Assembly (NCBI RefSeq): GCF_047975355.1
Contig: NZ_JBKEDJ010000055.1
Span: 7,760 to 71,759, forward strand
DNA: 64,000 nt
Direction: 5' to 3'
Source: Shewanella sp.
Lineage (GTDB): Bacteria; Pseudomonadota; Gammaproteobacteria; Enterobacterales; Shewanellaceae
The notes under the pieces are model-generated. The model saw only the letters and a list, made by a program, of their open reading frames with translations, had not been told where the DNA came from and ran no database searches. Numbering within the stretch: the stretch's first letter is position 1; each line of letters begins with the position of its first letter. The position numbers were made by a program, and so were the translations under genes. Positions 62,096 through 64,000 of this stretch are shown one piece after another.

Positions 62096-63163
62096 GTGAG
62101 AGCACGTAGACAAGCGAAAAAACTTCTTTTTGCGATATTAGCTTGGGCGATAGCCATGGCTGCTTTCGTGTTTTTCCGATATGCCCAGTCGCCAGAGTTA
62201 CCGCAATGGGCTGTGGGTTCGGCCGATCTCGCGACGCTTGCCGTCTACATGGGCATTATTTTTGGCAGCCTTCATTGGATGTCGAATTTAATCGCCGACT
62301 TTAGTGCCATCAATCGCCTTCCCTATGTCTTCTCGGTGATTTTTAAAGGTTTGTTCCTGTTGCTCGGGGCGACGACCTTAGCCTATATGACCCAGTTCTT
62401 GAATATGTGGGCCATTGAAAACCATATGTCGACCTTAAGACAAATGCTCACGGCGCATATTCTCTACAGTCCTTCCTTCCAAGCGCTGATTGTCTACTTG
62501 GTGGTAGTGCGAGTCAGTTTAGCCTTTGTCGAACAAATGGGACTCTTGGTTGGGCCACGAATTCTGCTCAACATTGGTTTAGGTAAGTACCATAAGCCGA
62601 GATACGAACAGCGTTTATTCCTTTACTTAGATATGGTTGCCTCGACAACCCATGCCGAATCCCTCGGGGATTATCGTTTTAGTCGCCTGATCCAAGACAG
62701 TTTTAGCCTGCTGTCGGATACTGTGACCAATAACGAGGCGGAAATTTACCGCTATATGGGCGATGCCGTATTAATCCACTGGCCATTAGAAGAAGGCGTG
62801 GTACACGACCGCTGTATGAATATCTATTTTGAATTTAGCCAACAATTAAATTGGCAGAGACGTTACTTTGAAGAGCACTATGGTTTTGTGCCTAAATTTA
62901 AGGCGGCGGCTCACTGTGGACAAGTAGTTGCAGCGGTTGTTGGCGTGCAAAAACAAGAGATTAGCTTCTTCAGCGATGTGCTAAATACCTTAGCAAGACT
63001 GCAGGATCAGTGTAATCCGCTGGGACAACGCATGTTGATCTCTGGCGCGCTGGCGGGTCGACTCGACAATCCAAACAGCGAATACCGCTTAACCAATTTG
63101 GGTCCAGTCAAATTAAAGGGGAAACAACACTCTATTGAAGTGTTTGGCGTTTCCCCGCTTTGA
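62096..63163 (+). CDS. cyaC: Membrane-bound class III adenylate cyclase
   Basis: Four N-terminal TMs; cyclase core FLYLDMVAST, RYMGDAV, HCGQV, LNTLARLQ, LKGK; mutH-cyaC-oxyR order as I recall for Shewanella. Confidence 0.8.
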   Translation: MRARRQAKKLLFAILAWAIAMAAFVFFRYAQSPELPQWAVGSADLATLAVYMGIIFGSLHWMSNLIADFSAINRLPYVFSVIFKGLFLLLGATTLAYMTQFLNMWAIENHMSTLRQMLTAHILYSPSFQALIVYLVVVRVSLAFVEQMGLLVGPRILLNIGLGKYHKPRYEQRLFLYLDMVASTTHAESLGDYRFSRLIQDSFSLLSDTVTNNEAEIYRYMGDAVLIHWPLEEGVVHDRCMNIYFEFSQQLNWQRRYFEEHYGFVPKFKAAAHCGQVVAAVVGVQKQEISFFSDVLNTLARLQDQCNPLGQRMLISGALAGRLDNPNSEYRLTNLGPVKLKGKQHSIEVFGVSPL

Positions 63164-63188
63164 TTTCAACTCGCAAAACCTGCAGCCA

Positions 63189-64000
63189 TTATTCCATTTC
63201 TTTGGTTAACAGCTTTTGGATAAGCAAACCTAAGGTTCGGAAAGTCAAAATCCGGCTGGTTGTTTGTCGCCAGACTAAGCCGATATCGCGGTAAGGCGCT
63301 TCACCAGGCGGTGTCATCACCACGAGATCGGTATCATTTAAGATGCCAGCATCGATTGCCATTTGCGGTAAGAAGGTGGTACCCAGCTTACTATTCACCA
63401 TTTGCACTAAAGTGTGCAGACTCGTCGCGGCAAAGGGATTCACCTTAGCGCTGTCACCCAACTGACAAGCGGTAATCGCATGTCCAGTAATGCAGTGTTC
63501 ACTCTGCAGCAGGAAGATACTCTCATCGGGCAATGTCTGGTAATCGATAGGCTGATGAATGCCCCCAGCCAAGTCTTTATGGATCACCATCTTAAAGGGG
63601 TCTATCCCCACTTTCATGCTGTGGTAACCACTGGTATCCACTGGCAAGGCAAGGATCAGTAAATCTAACTCGCCTTTGCCTAAGGCATCGAGCAAACGCT
63701 CAGTGGTATCCTCTTTGAGTAATAAACTCATCGCTGGATAAGCCTGTTGGCACTGTTTAACCACGCGGCTTAATAAAAATGGCGCTATGGTTGGAATACA
63801 GCCTAAGCGGATATCCCCAGTCATAGGTTCGCCCTGATTTTTGACCAATTCGACTAAGTCATCCACATCCGTGAGAATTTTGCGGGAACGCTGTACTACT
63901 TCTTCACCAATAGCGGTGAACATAAAGGATTTATGGTCACGTTCAATCAACTGGTGACCAAGCTGTTCTTCAAGATTCTGGATCCCACTCGACAGCGTTG
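63189..64000 (-). CDS. oxyR: H2O2-sensing LysR regulator OxyR (5' end beyond the window)
   Basis: Frame open to the window end (TLSSGIQNLEEQLG), IPTIAPFLL, redox motif HCITGHAITAC (C-x8-C), ATSLHTL, R.IGLVWR. Confidence 0.9.
   Translation of the reverse strand, partial: TLSSGIQNLEEQLGHQLIERDHKSFMFTAIGEEVVQRSRKILTDVDDLVELVKNQGEPMTGDIRLGCIPTIAPFLLSRVVKQCQQAYPAMSLLLKEDTTERLLDALGKGELDLLILALPVDTSGYHSMKVGIDPFKMVIHKDLAGGIHQPIDYQTLPDESIFLLQSEHCITGHAITACQLGDSAKVNPFAATSLHTLVQMVNSKLGTTFLPQMAIDAGILNDTDLVVMTPPGEAPYRDIGLVWRQTTSRILTFRTLGLLIQKLLTKEME

Noticed and set aside
1..64000. CRISPR arrays, tRNA/rRNA genes, prophage, integron cassettes
   Set aside because: No regularly spaced repeats, structural RNA signatures, or phage/integrase genes were seen.

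Overview
Chromosomal window of a gammaproteobacterium, almost certainly Shewanella (gene order, cyaC-oxyR, extended PheA and family content match what I recall of S. oneidensis-group genomes). Most of it is core genome: lptFG-pepA, pheA, hcp-hcr, aroF-tyrA, rpsP-rimM-trmD-rplS, ffh, rpoE-rseABC-lepAB-rnc-era-recO-pdxJ-acpS, nadB, sdhE, nhaA/nhaR, rppH-ptsP-lgt-thyA, mutH, cyaC and oxyR. The first ~18 kb is more accessory: ROK kinase (partial), aminopeptidase P, Aer, DEAD helicase, CZB-GGDEF cyclase, a complete IS481-family element with a 7-bp target duplication, yqiJK flotillin and an M32 peptidase. No rRNA, tRNA, CRISPR array or prophage is visible. The most striking signal is non-coding: the rppH-mutH intergenic region (the DARS2 position in E. 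coli) holds two tandem copies of a [three-DnaA-box core]-[IHF-like site]-[Fis site] module. Other highlights: a catalytically degenerate DAHP-synthase-like domain fused to PheA, an apparently leaderless Phe attenuator peptide, a Rap1a/Tai-like gene between nhaA and nhaR, a TrpR-like tandem operator at aroF, and three phased NhaR-like boxes overlapping the thyA terminator. All family calls come from motif recognition, not database searches.
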